From Azolla caroliniana (taxonomy: Eukaryota > Plantae > Polypodiophyta), in NCBI GenBank assembly GCA_043228905.1, contig JBHGNT010000005.1, positions 620,001-684,000 of the forward strand: 64,000 nt of DNA, written 5' to 3'. The notes beneath the pieces are model-generated. The model worked only from the letters and a program-made list of their open reading frames with translations. It had not been told where the DNA came from and ran no database searches. The first letter of the stretch is position 1; each line of letters opens with the position of its first letter. Both the position numbers and the translations under genes were made by a program. This document shows positions 23,466 through 37,224 of this stretch, one piece after another.

Positions 23466-26400
23466 TCACATGTCCGTTGGTCCTCCCGGACCCTTACCGG
23501 CCTCATTCTCTCCGGTTCCCAGCTTGCCGTCTCTGCCGTCTTGGTGGTTGCCGTCGGTCCTTTGCTCAAACGGGTTCTTAGGCATCGGTCCTCTATATGC
23601 CTTTAACCGGAATCCGTTGACCCATTTGCCCAGCACTTCGCCGGCAAGTGTCCCCAACTGGTAGGACCCATTATACTCCCGTGTTAGCCAATATGGTCCG
23701 GTCCATCTAAACCTTAGTTTACCCGGCATCTTGCCCATCCGGGTTTGGAATACTAACACTGGTTTGCCGATTGCGAACATTTTTTCGTTACCTTTCCTGT
23801 GCCGGTCGACGAATGCTTTCCGTCGCCGTTGCTCCAATTCTAAATGTAGGATGATGGCCAACCGTTGTTCCTCCAGCTCACACAACGCTGTCAACCTTAT
23901 TGTCTCCGACTCCTTCTCATTCAGCCATTCTCGTAGCTGGATCCGTAAGCTAGGTACTTGAAATTCTACCGGCATGACCGCCTCGAGTCCGAACGCCAAC
24001 CGGAACGGTGTTGTTCGGATGCTCGTTTTGTATGCCGTCCGGTATGCCCAAAGCACGCTATGTAGCTTTGTGTCCCAATCCGTCCGGTTCTCGTTGACGA
24101 TCTTCCGAAGGATGTTCTGGAGCGTCTTGTTTGTTGATTCCGCTAATCCGTTCGCCTGTGGATAGTAAGGTGTGCTTCGTTTGTGGACCACGGCATAGAA
24201 GGTCATTAGGCTTTCCACTACTTGTCCGAGAAAGTGCCCCCCTTTGTCACTTATCAATTCAATGGGGCATCTGTAACGGCACCAGATGTACTCATGTAGA
24301 AACTTTGCCGTTGACGCAGCGGTGTTATCCCGTAAAGCTTTGGCCTCCACCCATTTCGTGCAGTAATCCGTAGCAACGATAACGTACCGATTACCCGTTC
24401 TCATTGCCGGTGGCTTGAACGGCCCTACAAAGTCCAGCCCCCACTTTTGGAATGGCTCGAGTGGTAGTACCGGCTGGTGTGGCATACGAGCCTGCTCCGT
24501 TGGCTGGCCCATTCTCTGGCATAGGTCACATTCTTTTGCGTACCGTACCGCATCTCTTAATGTCGTTGGCCACCATAGGCCACTTTGCCATATTTTTCTG
24601 GCTGTCGCATCTCCGGCATAGTGACCTCCAACAACTCCGCAGTGGGCTTCCCTCAGTATCAGTTCCTTTTCATCGTTGCGCACCGCCCGTCTCCATATGC
24701 CGTCAGCGCCCTTGTGGTACAGTGTGTCTCGCAGTAAGCAGAAATGTCGGCTTTGTACCGCCAGGCGTTTCCGTTCGTCCCGGTTCAGCTCTTCCAGAGG
24801 CAGTCCTGTGCTCAGAAACTGGTGCATATTTGTGAGCCACTTGTCTTCCTGGGCCACTGTCTCATCTGCTGTTGTCTCCGTAGTGACTCGAAACAGCTCC
24901 GCATCCGGAAACTCATCCGGTACTCCGTCACCCGTCTCTCCGGACTCCAATCGGCTTAAGTAATTCGCTACGGCATGTTGTATACCGGGTCGGTGGAATA
25001 TTTCAAACTCGAACTCCTGTAACAATAAGGTCCACCGGGCCAATTTGCCGGTGAGTGACGCCTTGGACACCAGGTAAAGGAGTGCCGAATGATCTACATG
25101 GAAGGAAAACTTCCTTCCCAATAAATAGTGCCGAAACTTTGTCACACTTTAGATCATTCCTAGAGCTTCCCGTTCCGTAGTAGAGTAGTTCCGTTCTGCT
25201 TGGGATAGCTTCCGGCTGGCATAGTACACTGGCTGGTACCACTTTGGTTCCGTAAGCTGCATCAGTACGCTTCCGATTGCGATGTCGGAGGCGTCCACGA
25301 ACACGTGAAATTCTTTACTCCAATCTGGAGGTTGTACTACCGGTGCCTGCGACAATAGTACCTTGAGGGCCTTATACGCCCTATCCTCAGTATCGGTCCA
25401 CTGGAATGGTGTCCGATGTACGACGGCATGCAACGGTGTAGCCAGGTCGGCCAAGTATCGGAGCATCCGGCTGTGCCACCGGATCTGGCCTAAGAACCGG
25501 CTTAATGCCTTTGCCGTTGCCGGCGCCGGTGCTTCTAATATGGCTTTCACTTTGTCCGGGTCGACTGCAATACCTTCCTGGCTCACGATATGTCCTAATA
25601 AAGTTCCACTGGACACGCCAAATACACACTTTCCCGGATTCAAGCTTAGCCGGTACGCTCTACACTTTTCCAGACAAAGACGGAGGTGCTGAAAATGTTC
25701 CTCCTCCCGACTATAGACGGCGAAATCGTCAAGGAAAACCTGCATAAAAGCCGGTATATATTCACCAAAGATTTCCATGATGATTCGTTGAAACGTGGCC
25801 GGTGCCGTTTTGAGTCCGAACATCATCACCACGGCCACAAACACCCCCCATTCGGTGACGAATGTCGTTTTCTCTTGGTCGTCGGGGTGCATCCGGATCT
25901 GATTATACCCGCTGAATCCGTCTAGGAAGCTATAGACCTCGTGGCCGGCGACGACATCCAACACTCCATCTGTGAACGGAAGTGGAAACGCATCCGTTAC
26001 CGTAGCCGCATTGAGTTTCCGGTAGTCCACGCAAACTCGAATTTTTCCGTTCTTCTTCGGTACGACTACGATCAGGCTCAGCCATGTCGCTTTCTTTACC
26101 GGACGGATAAAGCCAACTCTTAGCAGTTTGTCGATTTCTTCCTTGACCTTGGCAGCATAATTGGGATTCATCCGGTACCGTCTTTGTGCCACTGGTTTTG
26201 CGTCCTTCCTCAAGTGCACTTGATGTTGGTATAACTGAGGGTCGAGTCCTCGCATGTCTTCGTATGACCAGGCGAATACGTCGCGAAATTCCGTGAGAAG
26301 TGTTATCATCGCCGTTTTGTCTCCGGACTTCATCTCCTTGGCAATGTGCACCGGTTTTGCTTCGTCCGTGGTGCCTAAATTCACCTCTTCCAGTTGCGAT

Positions 26401-29240
26401 GCTTTTACACGCTGTGAAACGGCCATTTCCCGTTCCAACGCTTCCTGCGCTTGCCGTAACTCCCGGATTGCGTCTTTATCCGGTTCTGCTTCCGCCTCTT
26501 CCGGTTGCGGTAAGTACGGTGCTACGGCTTCGGCAATGTCAATTTCGAAGAGGGGTATGATCTTCGGGTTTTCCTGCAGGTATTGAGCTTCTTCTTCGTC
26601 CGCTAACCCTTCGAGCATGTTGACGCATTCCGCATACAACGGTGGACATTCCTTGCCAGTGCTCGTCCTTGGCTGTGTTGGTACCTGTACCTTGGCTTTT
26701 CCTCGCCGGAAGGTAATTATATTTTTTCGCCAATTCTGTTTGATATGTGCCGTTTTCAACCATGGCCGCCCCAGCAATAGCGGGTATGCGCCTTGTGCCT
26801 GTAATTGTAGCACTACGGCTGAGATGTGAAATGTATGCCCGCCGACGGTGACTTCTAATTTCCGTATTAATCCTGTTGGCCGCACTGAGCTTGTATCGGC
26901 CATCCGCAACCAGAACAGACACGGCTCCCACTCGTGGATTCCTAGGTCATCACACGTCCAGAGGCTTATTACATTTACCCCAGAGCCTCCGTCTATAACT
27001 GTGCCGGGGTGTTCTTTCCCTTTTACAATGGCAGTGATTACCGAACTGCTGGTGTCGACCACTGTTGGTCCCTCCTCCGGATTTGAGAAGAGTATCGGTG
27101 CCGGTGATGGTTCTCCTGTCGTCATGGCCATCTTCAATCCTTCCGTGAATCTAGGCACGAGTTGTAGGAGTCTTCCTAGTGGTAACGTAATCTGACATTC
27201 TTGCAACGCCTGCCATGTCTCGTTCTCGGAGTGACTACCGCCGGCAAGCCCTGCGGTGTTCTCCTTTTGCTGCTGTAAGTCTGTGACATTCTGCTCGTTT
27301 GCTTTCTTTACCCATTCCGTTGCTTGTTTGCGAATGGTCTCCTGTGTCTCCCATTCTTTGGCCATGCCCTTCGACCTTGTGGTCACTTGCTGCAGGTCTA
27401 CCACCTTAGGGACTACCATATTTACCGCCGATCGTTTTTCATAGCTCTTCACCAGGCATTGGTTACTATAATGGCCTTCCTGTCGGCAGTAGTAGCAGTA
27501 GGCTTTCCGGGCATTGCTAGATTCGGCCTTGTTTGTTGTACCCGGGGCAAGTCCTACGGTACGCACGGGGTTCTGTACCGGTTGGTTACTTGGAGCGCCT
27601 TGTTCCAGATCCCGGGGGTAGCCGCCTTTTTTAAAATGCCGTTTTTTGTTAAAGCTCTTCTTATTACGGTACTCTTGACGGGGTTGCCCGTTATATCTGC
27701 CGTATTCCTCCCGTTGCTGACGATACCCGGGGGAGTGCTCCCTGTCGTCCTGTTCGTATCGTCTATTGTAATCCTGGTACCGATCATGCCGGTCATAGTT
27801 ATCTCGCCGATCACCGTACCGGACATCATTTTCCCGTCGCTCACCATACCGGACATCCTGTGCCGGTCGGTCACGGTCCATTCGCCGCCAGCGTTCGTCT
27901 TCTTCATCCCGGCTGCTGCGTGGCTCAATTTGTCGGACGAGCGGTGCTTGCCGAGTCAACAGATTATACTCGCACCTATCCGTCGTATGGCTCTTGGATT
28001 GACAGATTACACATTGCGTCCTCATTGTGCATTCTAGAGCCGAGTGTCCGGAATTCAAGCAGGTTGTGTACTGTATTACTTGTCGAAACCGGAGGTCTTC
28101 ATCGGACGGTAACGCCCGTTGAAGTGCGCCCAGTGTGAGCCAGGAGCTTGTCTTTTCCATCTCTTTCACCCGGTCAATGACCTGGTCGATGGTACTTGTG
28201 CGGAAATCGGTTACCGTGCAAACCGTGCGTAGGGGTTCCCGGAGCGCGTTTAGGAATATCGTCCGTAATTCCTCCTCCGGGGGTGCACGGGCAAGCTAAC
28301 TATGCATCCGTTGAAACCGAATGACAAATTGGGGAATGCTCTCCCCTGCCTCTTGCCGGATGGTATAAAATAAGCCTACCATTACGGTCTGGTCCACCTC
28401 CTTTTGAAAAAAATGCATGAATTTAGCTTTTAAATCTGCAAAGGTGTTGATGGTAGACGGGTCCTGCGTCCGGCGCCATCTTGCTGCCGGTCCCTCCAAT
28501 GTGACGCCAAACTCTGCTATCTTAGAGCGTTCTTCTTCCTCCGGTGTCAGTCGCTGGGACACATGGTTGGCTTCCCATGTCTGTTCAAAGGCGTGCACAT
28601 GAGCTTCCGCGTCCGGATCATCTCTATACTTGGAGTACTGGAACAACATGTCGTCGTCCGGTATCGGTGCGCGGGCTGGTAGTGTTGGTGCTCGTTCCGG
28701 AATTTTCTCCGGTGTCGGTGGTCTTTCCCGATCTGATTCCGGTGTCGGTTGTTTCTCTTCCTTTGGTGACGGAGGCCTCTCCTCTTCGACTTCCGGTGTC
28801 GGAGGTCGTTCTTTTTCTGCTGGTTCCGGGGGTTCCAGCGTTAGCACTTCCGGTTCCGGTTCCAGTGTCGGTAAGGTATCCGATCCTTCGTCCTCCGGTC
28901 CGCCCGGGGTTTCGTTACTGCTACGGTAGTTCGTGTGCACGTTGTATTCCCCTTCGGAGTCCGATTCATATGCTGAAAAGGCCTCTGCTTCGCCTTCTCC
29001 GTTTGCCAACACGTGGAGAAGGGATTCGGTTTCCCAGAGGCTGCTTAGGCTGCTACCATCGTCCGGGTGCGATGTTTGCTGTAACCAGAGGGAGTCCTCC
29101 GCTACTCTCCGGATTACGTTGGAAAACGAGCGATCCGCTCTAATTTCCTGCGCCGCTTGCTGGAAAGCCTCGTGTCTCCTTTGCCTTTCGGCAAGGCGTC
29201 GAGTTCGATCTGTAACCAGGTCGTGCGTTGATTTAGACAT
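23466..29240 (-). pseudogene. Single-frame gag-pol of the Athila-like element, disrupted by two nonsense codons (near 28296 and 25149)
   Basis: ORFs 28296-29327, 25149-28169 and 23466-25145 are all in one frame. Three CCHC-like knuckles, protease VIDGGSG, RT LDGFSGYNQI and VFLDD, RH FVDAS, integrase GLDFVGPF, SDKG and NGLAES. Confidence 0.92.
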
Positions 29241-29275
29241 CCATCCGTGCCATCGTTCGCTGCAAAAACAGGAAT

Positions 29276-29286
29276 CGTGGTCGCCA
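29276..29286 (-). other. Primer binding site, probably tRNA-Arg
   Basis: The minus strand reads TGGCGACCACG, 7 nt from the 5' LTR; this matches the ...GTGGTCG-CCA end of plant tRNA-Arg(UCG) as recalled. Confidence 0.65.
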
Positions 29287-29739
29287 AAAACTGTGTTAAC
29301 TCTTCGGGCCGAACAATGGCCTAACACAGGGTGTCTACGTGAGACACTTCACCAAAGGGTGTTACGGCAACCGGATTAGACTTCAACGCTTAATCCGACT
29401 TAGTTAAGTTACTTATTAGGATCGTCTTTCATAACACGCGTAAGATATAACAATTAAGGCAGAACGGCAATTAACACAGAGAGATAACAACGCTTAAGCT
29501 TTCATTAATTAACCGCTAACTATTACATTGTATCTGGGCCTTTAAATAAGTTTCCGGTCTGTATTACAAAACGGTGCCATCCGCACCTGTTCGGGATCGG
29601 TCCGGATCCGAAACGGCATACCGATTCCGGTCCGTCCATCCACATTCATAGCTTAATTACAACCACATTCCTACTACTTAATTAGCTCTCCGTTTCCCAC
29701 TATGGACTCCTTTGCCGGCCGGTAACACAAAGTTGTTGA

Positions 29740-30330
29740 ATTTTCCTCAATGCACACATACAAACAAACAATTGGCATGTGGTCATTTTGAGTAGATATA
29801 TATTTATTGATTCATAGAGCTAAATCCAAGTTTTTAACAATAATTCTCAATAGTATACATGGCCTTACTCACCATGGAGTAGCCTCATACCTTGAAAGGT
29901 CACAAGAAAATTATTTTATATTGTTATATAGATGGAGCAACCACCCACGAAAAGGGAAAAGGATCATATGACATTTTTCATATATTTGCACATTGAAGAG
30001 TGGCAAACATGTCTTACAATTGAAATTTTGCCCATTCCATAGAGTTAAATGAGTGGATGGATAACATCACTTTAACCTTCTTGAGATATGGAATTATATG
30101 GGAGAGGCATATAAGTTTGTCAAGGATCCCTTTAAGAGTTGCCAAGTCACACAACAATTGGTCACCACACACAGCCATGTGAACAAAAAATGTCAAGATT
30201 TGAGCCACATTCTTCCATTGGCATTTTATTATGGCAACATTGCATCTCGTCCATTTTGCAAGTTCAAGAATGATACCCCCCCAAAAAAGCTCATTTCCCA
30301 TTTATAAAAAGACTTGAACTTCTAACATCA
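29740..30330 (-). mobile_element. Highly decayed LINE ORF2 C-terminal relic
   Basis: Broken peptides GGVSFLNLQ (GGLG..DL-like) and KAMYTIENY.KLGF resemble the post-RT and zinc-binding region of plant L1 elements; many stops. Confidence 0.35.
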
Positions 30331-31099
30331 CAAAAATATGACGTTTGATCATGACATCATGCACTAAAGCACAATTTGACAACATTGTATTTATATATTT
30401 GAATCATCAAACATTACACAAATTATAGATTCACAAATGTAAAGTTATATTTATAAATATTATGGGGTGAGGCAATAATCGTATGCTTTGTAATGTTTCA
30501 AGTCAATGCCATGAGTGACCTGGCTTTGATCTTATGAATCATGATTATATAAAATATCCTTATAATTGCTTTTAAGAAGTGGCATCGCCACATCCATATA
30601 GTTACATTTCCACAATATGAAGGCTAAAATGATATCATTACACTTTTTTAAAAACAAGGCAATGCTAATAAAGGGAAAATACATCACAATGAAACTCTAT
30701 ACATAAAAAGGCATGCATACTGATACAAACATAAGTGTAAGGTAGACGACGCATGTGAAATGCACAACTCAAAAGATACAAGACCATCGAACGCAACATA
30801 CATAGTCACAGCTATAATGTTATGTCATCTCCAATCATGACACAATTGCTCAAATGCCCAATAATAACCTTTAACTCATAAAAAACACAACAAATGTATA
30901 GTTGTAGTATAAGTAAGTTACCATAGTTGTGGTATCTGGATAACGTTGTTGCAAAAGAGTAGGTCAGGTAATTTTGTTGTAAATGGGGGGGTGGGGATTA
31001 TGATCAGATTTGTGAGGGGAAGGCCAATGTGGGTTTTGTTGAATTTGTTAATGGTTTACAGAGTTGTTGAATATACAAATCTCTCTAAGGTTAGGCCTT

Positions 31100-31460
31100 G
31101 TGGATCTTAATGGTTGAACTTTGATGTACTTTGTTTGCTACCTAATGTGAAGCAGTGTTTTTTTTCCCAACAAATATGAAATATGGCAATTGGTAAGTAG
31201 TATCCCAATTTGGTATGTTTGGAAGGCTCAATGTTTGAAGATATTCCAAAAATGTGATTGAAAGACTTGCCTAGATAAATTATGAGATTTGGACAGAGAT
31301 TGTGCATATCTTAGAGGTTATTTGGATAACATAAAAGGTAATATGCAACATGCGGAGCTCAAACGATTGGAGTTTCATGCCATTTGGGACAAATGCATAT
31401 TTTATAGATGGATTTTTTATAAGGTGGAGTGGTTCTATTCTATACCAAAGTATTTATTTA
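31100..31460 (+). mobile_element. Decayed LINE 3' end
   Basis: Peptides PIWYVWKAQCLKIF and EFHAIWDK...VEWFYSIPKYLF resemble the W..WKAR...F C-terminus of plant L1 ORF2. Confidence 0.45.
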
Positions 31461-34107
31461 AGTCGATCATTAGAATTTAGAAAAGGGGCTCATTACCGAA
31501 AGGTACATCTTTTATGTATAGCCTTAGGGCGTTTCTTAATACTAATGTAGTATCTTTTTTGGGAAAAAAAAACACAAGAAATAAAATTTCTATCACATTA
31601 TAGATCATATTGCCTAGCTCATACTCTACAAGGAAGTGTACGAAAAGACAAAGAAAATAAATAAACGTAAAGACAAAAAAAGGACCTACTCAAAAAAGAA
31701 ACAAGTTCAAGAAATGAAATAGATTGAATGCCTGCAAATGTTATGTACAAGCAGGTTTGCATGTAAAAACATAGTGTAAAAAGGGAATGTATAAACATAG
31801 AACTTAGAAACTTCATGAGAGACACAAAGATATTGTAATATTGCAAGCTTGAAGTAGATTTAGAAAAGGGTGGGAACGATAATTATTATAACAATGAAAA
31901 TCGGCACAAGAGATTACGAGAACGAGACCATGGAATCTCACCTAGAGCCTACGAGATTGCAATCTCAGGAGTTGTAACATGTGGATTTGAGGGAATTTTG
32001 ATTGTCATTGTCGTTAACATAATCAATGCCCAATAATAGGGTATGCTTATAAAGAACAAATGACTATTTATTTGATAAAGGTACCTTGCCTACATATAGG
32101 TTATCCATCAATAAATCGTCACAAACACGGAGGTTTAGCTCAAGGATACAAATCTGGACAATGTGGTTGGTGATGACATTTCAAAATCCAAATTATGTTT
32201 CCTAAAGCTATTGATAAATCTCACAGTAACTTAAATCAATTACAAGGCATGCATTGTAATTGGTTTAATCATACTATGGCACAAACACACATTAAGAATG
32301 AAGGATCACAAAATGATTAATTTTGTAGAATGATAGAATACGCATTAGATTAAAATGAATCGCATGGTGTTCTTGTATGCAATATCATCAATGATGTCAT
32401 ATAATAAACCTGCATTTGAAATGAATGACATTTCTTAGAAAAGGTAATATTTGACAGGCTCCCTAATATTTGGGTAAAATCATGCATTTTTACCCTAGTG
32501 ATGCAATAGTACAAACCTCAAAATATCAATATTTTATTATGAAATAGTTGATTACAAACTTGTTCCTTTAAGAGAGAGTTCAAACCTCTCCAACCTTGTC
32601 ATGCTAGATTTTGGGTTTCTAGCCCTTAATCTTTTGTGTGTTGTCTTCCTAGTTTTTATACGCTTTCAAATTGGCTCAATTGCATTTGATTTCCAAAATA
32701 TGTTCCTAATGGAAACCGTTTCTAAAAACATTTTCCATGTGAATTTTTTGACTCTAAAAGTGAATACAAGCTACAAGCAAGTTTCTTTGGGAGACCCATG
32801 TCTCTCGAACCATGCGTATTAACACACATTGTTAATTTACATTGCTACGAAGCTGTCATCGAGCTCAACAACCCTCGCATGATCCATCTTTTCCCAACAT
32901 TGCATATGAATATGAAATGGAGTATCCCATCATGGTTATCAGATGAAAGGAGGAACCAATATCTTATGCAATTTGAGGCATGTTATTGCTAATATGACTA
33001 AAATCTTAATCGATTAAAAACAAATTGATTATACTACATGAATTCAATCTACTCATGTGTTTAGTATTGATTTAGAAAAATGTTTTGAGAAGTCAATTAT
33101 AGCCCTACATCCTCAACGAGCCTAAATTTGGCATGCTATAGGATGACCGCCATAGGCCAGCTCAAGATTGAGATGCCTCAAATTTGATATTGTGAAACCT
33201 ATGGCTTTGGAGGTGGTGTTATGAGAGCTTACAATGTCGAGTAAAGCTCAAGTTGTGAGAGAGTAATGTGTGTGTGACGGAAAGAAATATATAAGTAGTT
33301 CAACAAGGATATATCTTTCGTCGTCATCAAGTTAAGATAGAGAAAGAAATACAATGACATTTTATGATTGTTAATATAGTGGTAAGTAATAAGTATGGAC
33401 TTGTTAATATAAAATGTCATGTTCATGTATAAGTGACCCTCAATACATTTCTTAAATATCAAGTTGCGGAAGAATAAAATGTGCATATATGCAAACCCAT
33501 ATATACATATATTGACCTCAAGAGCATTGTATACATGTTGACTTGTCAATAACCACATGTTAAGCATGGATCTTGATAATCAATTAGACTTCTCTCAAGG
33601 TCCTTGATAGCAAAAGTCCTTAAAAATGCAAGCATAAAGTGGTGTATGCTATGGTTGGGAGGTTCGTTGACGGGATAGAATAGTAGTTCTTTTAGTCAAT
33701 GGAGGTATAAACTTATTCTTTTCAAGAATAAATATAAAAAATAACTTTTTGAAATATTTTATCTTCTACAAGAGGAACATGGCAACATGGCACATGTAAA
33801 CATGGTGTAGTGGTTGTCTAGTAGAGTTAGAAAAGAAGACAGAAATTAAAGATGTTATTAATGAAATTGATTTGTCTTTTTTTTGTTTCAGTGAAATCAG
33901 GTTTTCTAACATCCAATTATGTATGTGGATTAAACCATATAATATTCCATTTATGGCTAAATAGAGAAACATGATTAGAGCATTTAGTGGGAAGGTAAGT
34001 TATAAAACCATAAAAAGTAAGGCTGGACACATTAAACCTTAGAGAGAGTTAGAGAGAGACGATACATACATGTGCACATATGTGCATACACTATATTGGA
34101 TGGAGAG

Positions 34108-34261
34108 CTAGGCAACTTTGCCAAATGATCTAATAAGACAATTGATGCATTGACGAACTAAAGCATAAATATCTATTGCTTCACTAGGCAACTTCGCCAA
34201 ATGATCTAATAAGACAATTGATGCATTGACGAACTAAAGCATAAATATCTATTGCTTCACT
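34108..34261. repeat. Near-perfect 76-bp tandem duplication
   Basis: CTAGGCAACTTYGCCAAATGATCTAATAAGAC...TATTGCTTCA starts at 34108 and 34184; one mismatch seen. Confidence 0.95.
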
Positions 34262-36424
34262 TATGTCTTCTATTTTTTAAGCATGTCATATTTCCTAGGC
34301 ACGACGTTGGTAAAAATAGCTTAATTCAAGCCTTTGCATGTGTTATGTTTATGTATGTGAATAAATAATTTTGATTGTTGTTGGTTATAGACTAATGTGG
34401 TGCCAATAAATATGTGGGAATGGTATACATAGATAAAGGAACCTCCAAACCATGTTTATGAAGAATCTATATCGGTAGCCTTTCTCCACCGGGGTAATGT
34501 AAGTTTGATAGATCTTGCCCTACATATTTCAAATCCCTAGGTAGTTCTTTATTCCTCCATTTAAGGATCTCCTTTAAAATGAAAAGTTGCAGGTAATGTT
34601 GTAGATGACGCAAACCACTTCGTTAAAGGGAAGGGAGGTAATTGACAAGATGTCATTTTATGAGAAACATTTGTATTTCGGTCGTGAAGATTAAGTGCAA
34701 TATGTTTTATAAGGTCATTGAGAGAGCAAAACGTTTTCGAGCTTACTAATGAACGTTTTTCTTCTTGCATCAAACATTAAATATCAAAGTTGGTTTAGTG
34801 GTATGTGTTGGGTTTAGAATATATATGGTATAAAATTGTTGATTCGATAGTGACTTTTCCATGCTCTTGAGAAGATAAAAATAAATATGCTCCTAACATA
34901 CATGAAGTTTGCATGACTTAATGCATAAAGTGAACTCTCCTACCACACAACTTACTTGAACGAGGATGGATTAAATGCCAAAGTAGTACTTCATACGATA
35001 GCTCAACAACACTTCCATAGACGCCAATAGAGAGAAATAATGTTTCGCACCATGCAAAAGGCATTGGAGGATTGAACAACACTCACATATTGATACCAAA
35101 GTACATTTATCATATGTATATATTTGTTTATGCAAATATTTAAAAGTAAATTTATTGTTTTAAGCAATGTTGATTCACTAAGGGTAACTTAAAAGCCAAT
35201 GAAAGTTGAGCAATAATAATTGGATATTACCAATGCCAAAATGTTATAAGATCCTTAGATTGGTCTTAACCCAAGCAAAACCATTTTTCACATCTCTCAT
35301 ATTCCTTATATCTCAAGGAAGGTTGGGCCAATTAACCCTTCGAAATATGCATTATTGTCTTGAAAATAACGTTGATATTATTGTTGTTTCTCATGGCATT
35401 AAGGTTGCATTTTGAAAATCCTTTCTAGTGTGTATAAACATATTTGTAAATCGATCATATGTAACAAATATGTAAAGATTTTGAAGCATACGTGGCTAGT
35501 AATAAATTTATTTCACTAATAAATTTAGGTAGTAGTGAACCATGTTTCCATTTTAATTTTGATTGGTATATCATGTTTAAGCTTTGATTCTATTCATACT
35601 TAAGAGTCAATACTCTCAAATTCATTATTGGAGGACTTGCTTGCTTTAGGGATGTTTGTTTAATTTAATTATTGGACTAGTACACAAAGATTTTCCTAAG
35701 AAGGAAGAAAGAGAGACCATAGAACTTTAAGAACGTAACTTGGGCTTGTTCAAAGGTTGGGAAGGTCGAGCATTATAAAGACATGATAACAAACCTCCTA
35801 GTATAAATAGCCTATAGGTGTGTGTTCCACAAAGCTTCAACCTGAACTCACAACTTCCAACTCTAAAAAAGTATTATCACAAAATTATTAGTTACAAGGG
35901 CATTCAACTCTAAACTGAATTTTCCTCACTTTAAATTGATGTTTTGTAACTTTTGAAATGCAAGTCTTGAAACTTTACTCGATGAGTTAAAACTCTTTAC
36001 ATTATTATTTATTATTAGTTAAACATGAACAACGAGACGATATTAGAACATGTTGGTTGGTGCCAAGATTGGCAAAGCATGAAGCTTAAATGCGTTTTGT
36101 CCAAGAAGGCATACCCCCCCAATGGATGTGTGTGCCTTAATGCATAGCTAGGTGGGATTTCTGATCCCCACCAAAAACAAATGAACCTCCTCTTGTCGCA
36201 CCATGAAAAGTTACTAAAAGCCACGATGAGATACTAGATCCCAATCAATAAAAGTGGGTACTATTTTACATGAGAAATTGGCAACCAAATCTACTTGTTT
36301 ATGCAATTTCACATACCATAGTTAGAAGATTTTTTATGGTGTACACAAATTGGAATATGTATGGGGCAACACAAATCCCCTACATGCACAAAAATTTGGA
36401 TGAGGCATTTTGAACGGGATTACA

Positions 36425-36470
<46 letters not shown>

Positions 36471-37224
36471 GGGATTGTGTCATAATTAGAATATGTGCAA
36501 CGCTTTTGTATTCGATGGTAGACATGGAGTGAAAGCATATCTACGAAAGTTGAAGGGAGTACTAATGTGACAATTTTCTTTATTGGAGCAAGTGAAAATC
36601 CTTTCCTCGGTGGAATGTTCGTCTTGCCTATTGGCAATTCAACATGTTCCATTACCCATGTAGTGTAGTGTAGTTAGTGGGTGACCATACTTCATGGTCA
36701 CACCCATTGTAAGTAGTGTTTTTTACACACATTTATTAATATAATTGTGTGTTTTCACCAAAAGAGAGAGTGAGAGAGAGAGAGTTGAGACATGGGAGAG
36801 AGAACACACAAGACTCAATTCTATATAATCAAGAAATAATAAAGATCCATTCATAAAGTTTTCTTGGATTATGTACACAATGTAAAGCTTCTTTGTTTGC
36901 TTAATCTTTAGAGATTAGTAGCATTAAGTTTCCCAAAAAGGAAAGTATAAAGTTTCAAACAAGCTTGTTTATCTTTGGAGGCACAGTCATGTGCTTCCTG
37001 AAAAGGAAAGTCTCCAATCATTATTATAACCCACTGATGAAAAAAAATCGACGAGTCAAGAAAAATGTACTACAAAGGGGGAAAAAGAAAAATGTGGCGT
37101 GTGTTTGGTCCCCTCTTCTAGTGAAGAGTGGAGTACAACAACTTAAAACACTTGAGAGCAAGTGCTTCTTGTAAAATGAATAAAAGTGTTAAGAACACAC
37201 CCAAAAATATGAAAGATTTACTAG

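Larger units (their letters stand above)
12788..29727 (-). mobile_element. Ty3/Gypsy non-chromovirus element, Athila-like, with 434-bp LTRs and extra ORFs 3' of pol; its left LTR is split by a younger Gypsy
   Basis: LTRs at 29294-29727 and 12788-12933 + 20074-20361, both TGTTAAC..GGTAACA, with about 10 substitutions counted by eye. PBS at 29276-29286. Domain order gag-PR-RT-RH-INT, Athila-type DEFPDAELF linker, no additional RNase H. Confidence 0.9.

Noticed and set aside
32450-33700. Possible ancient minus-strand LINE endonuclease region
   Set aside because: Only faint motif echoes with many stops; too decayed to support by eye.
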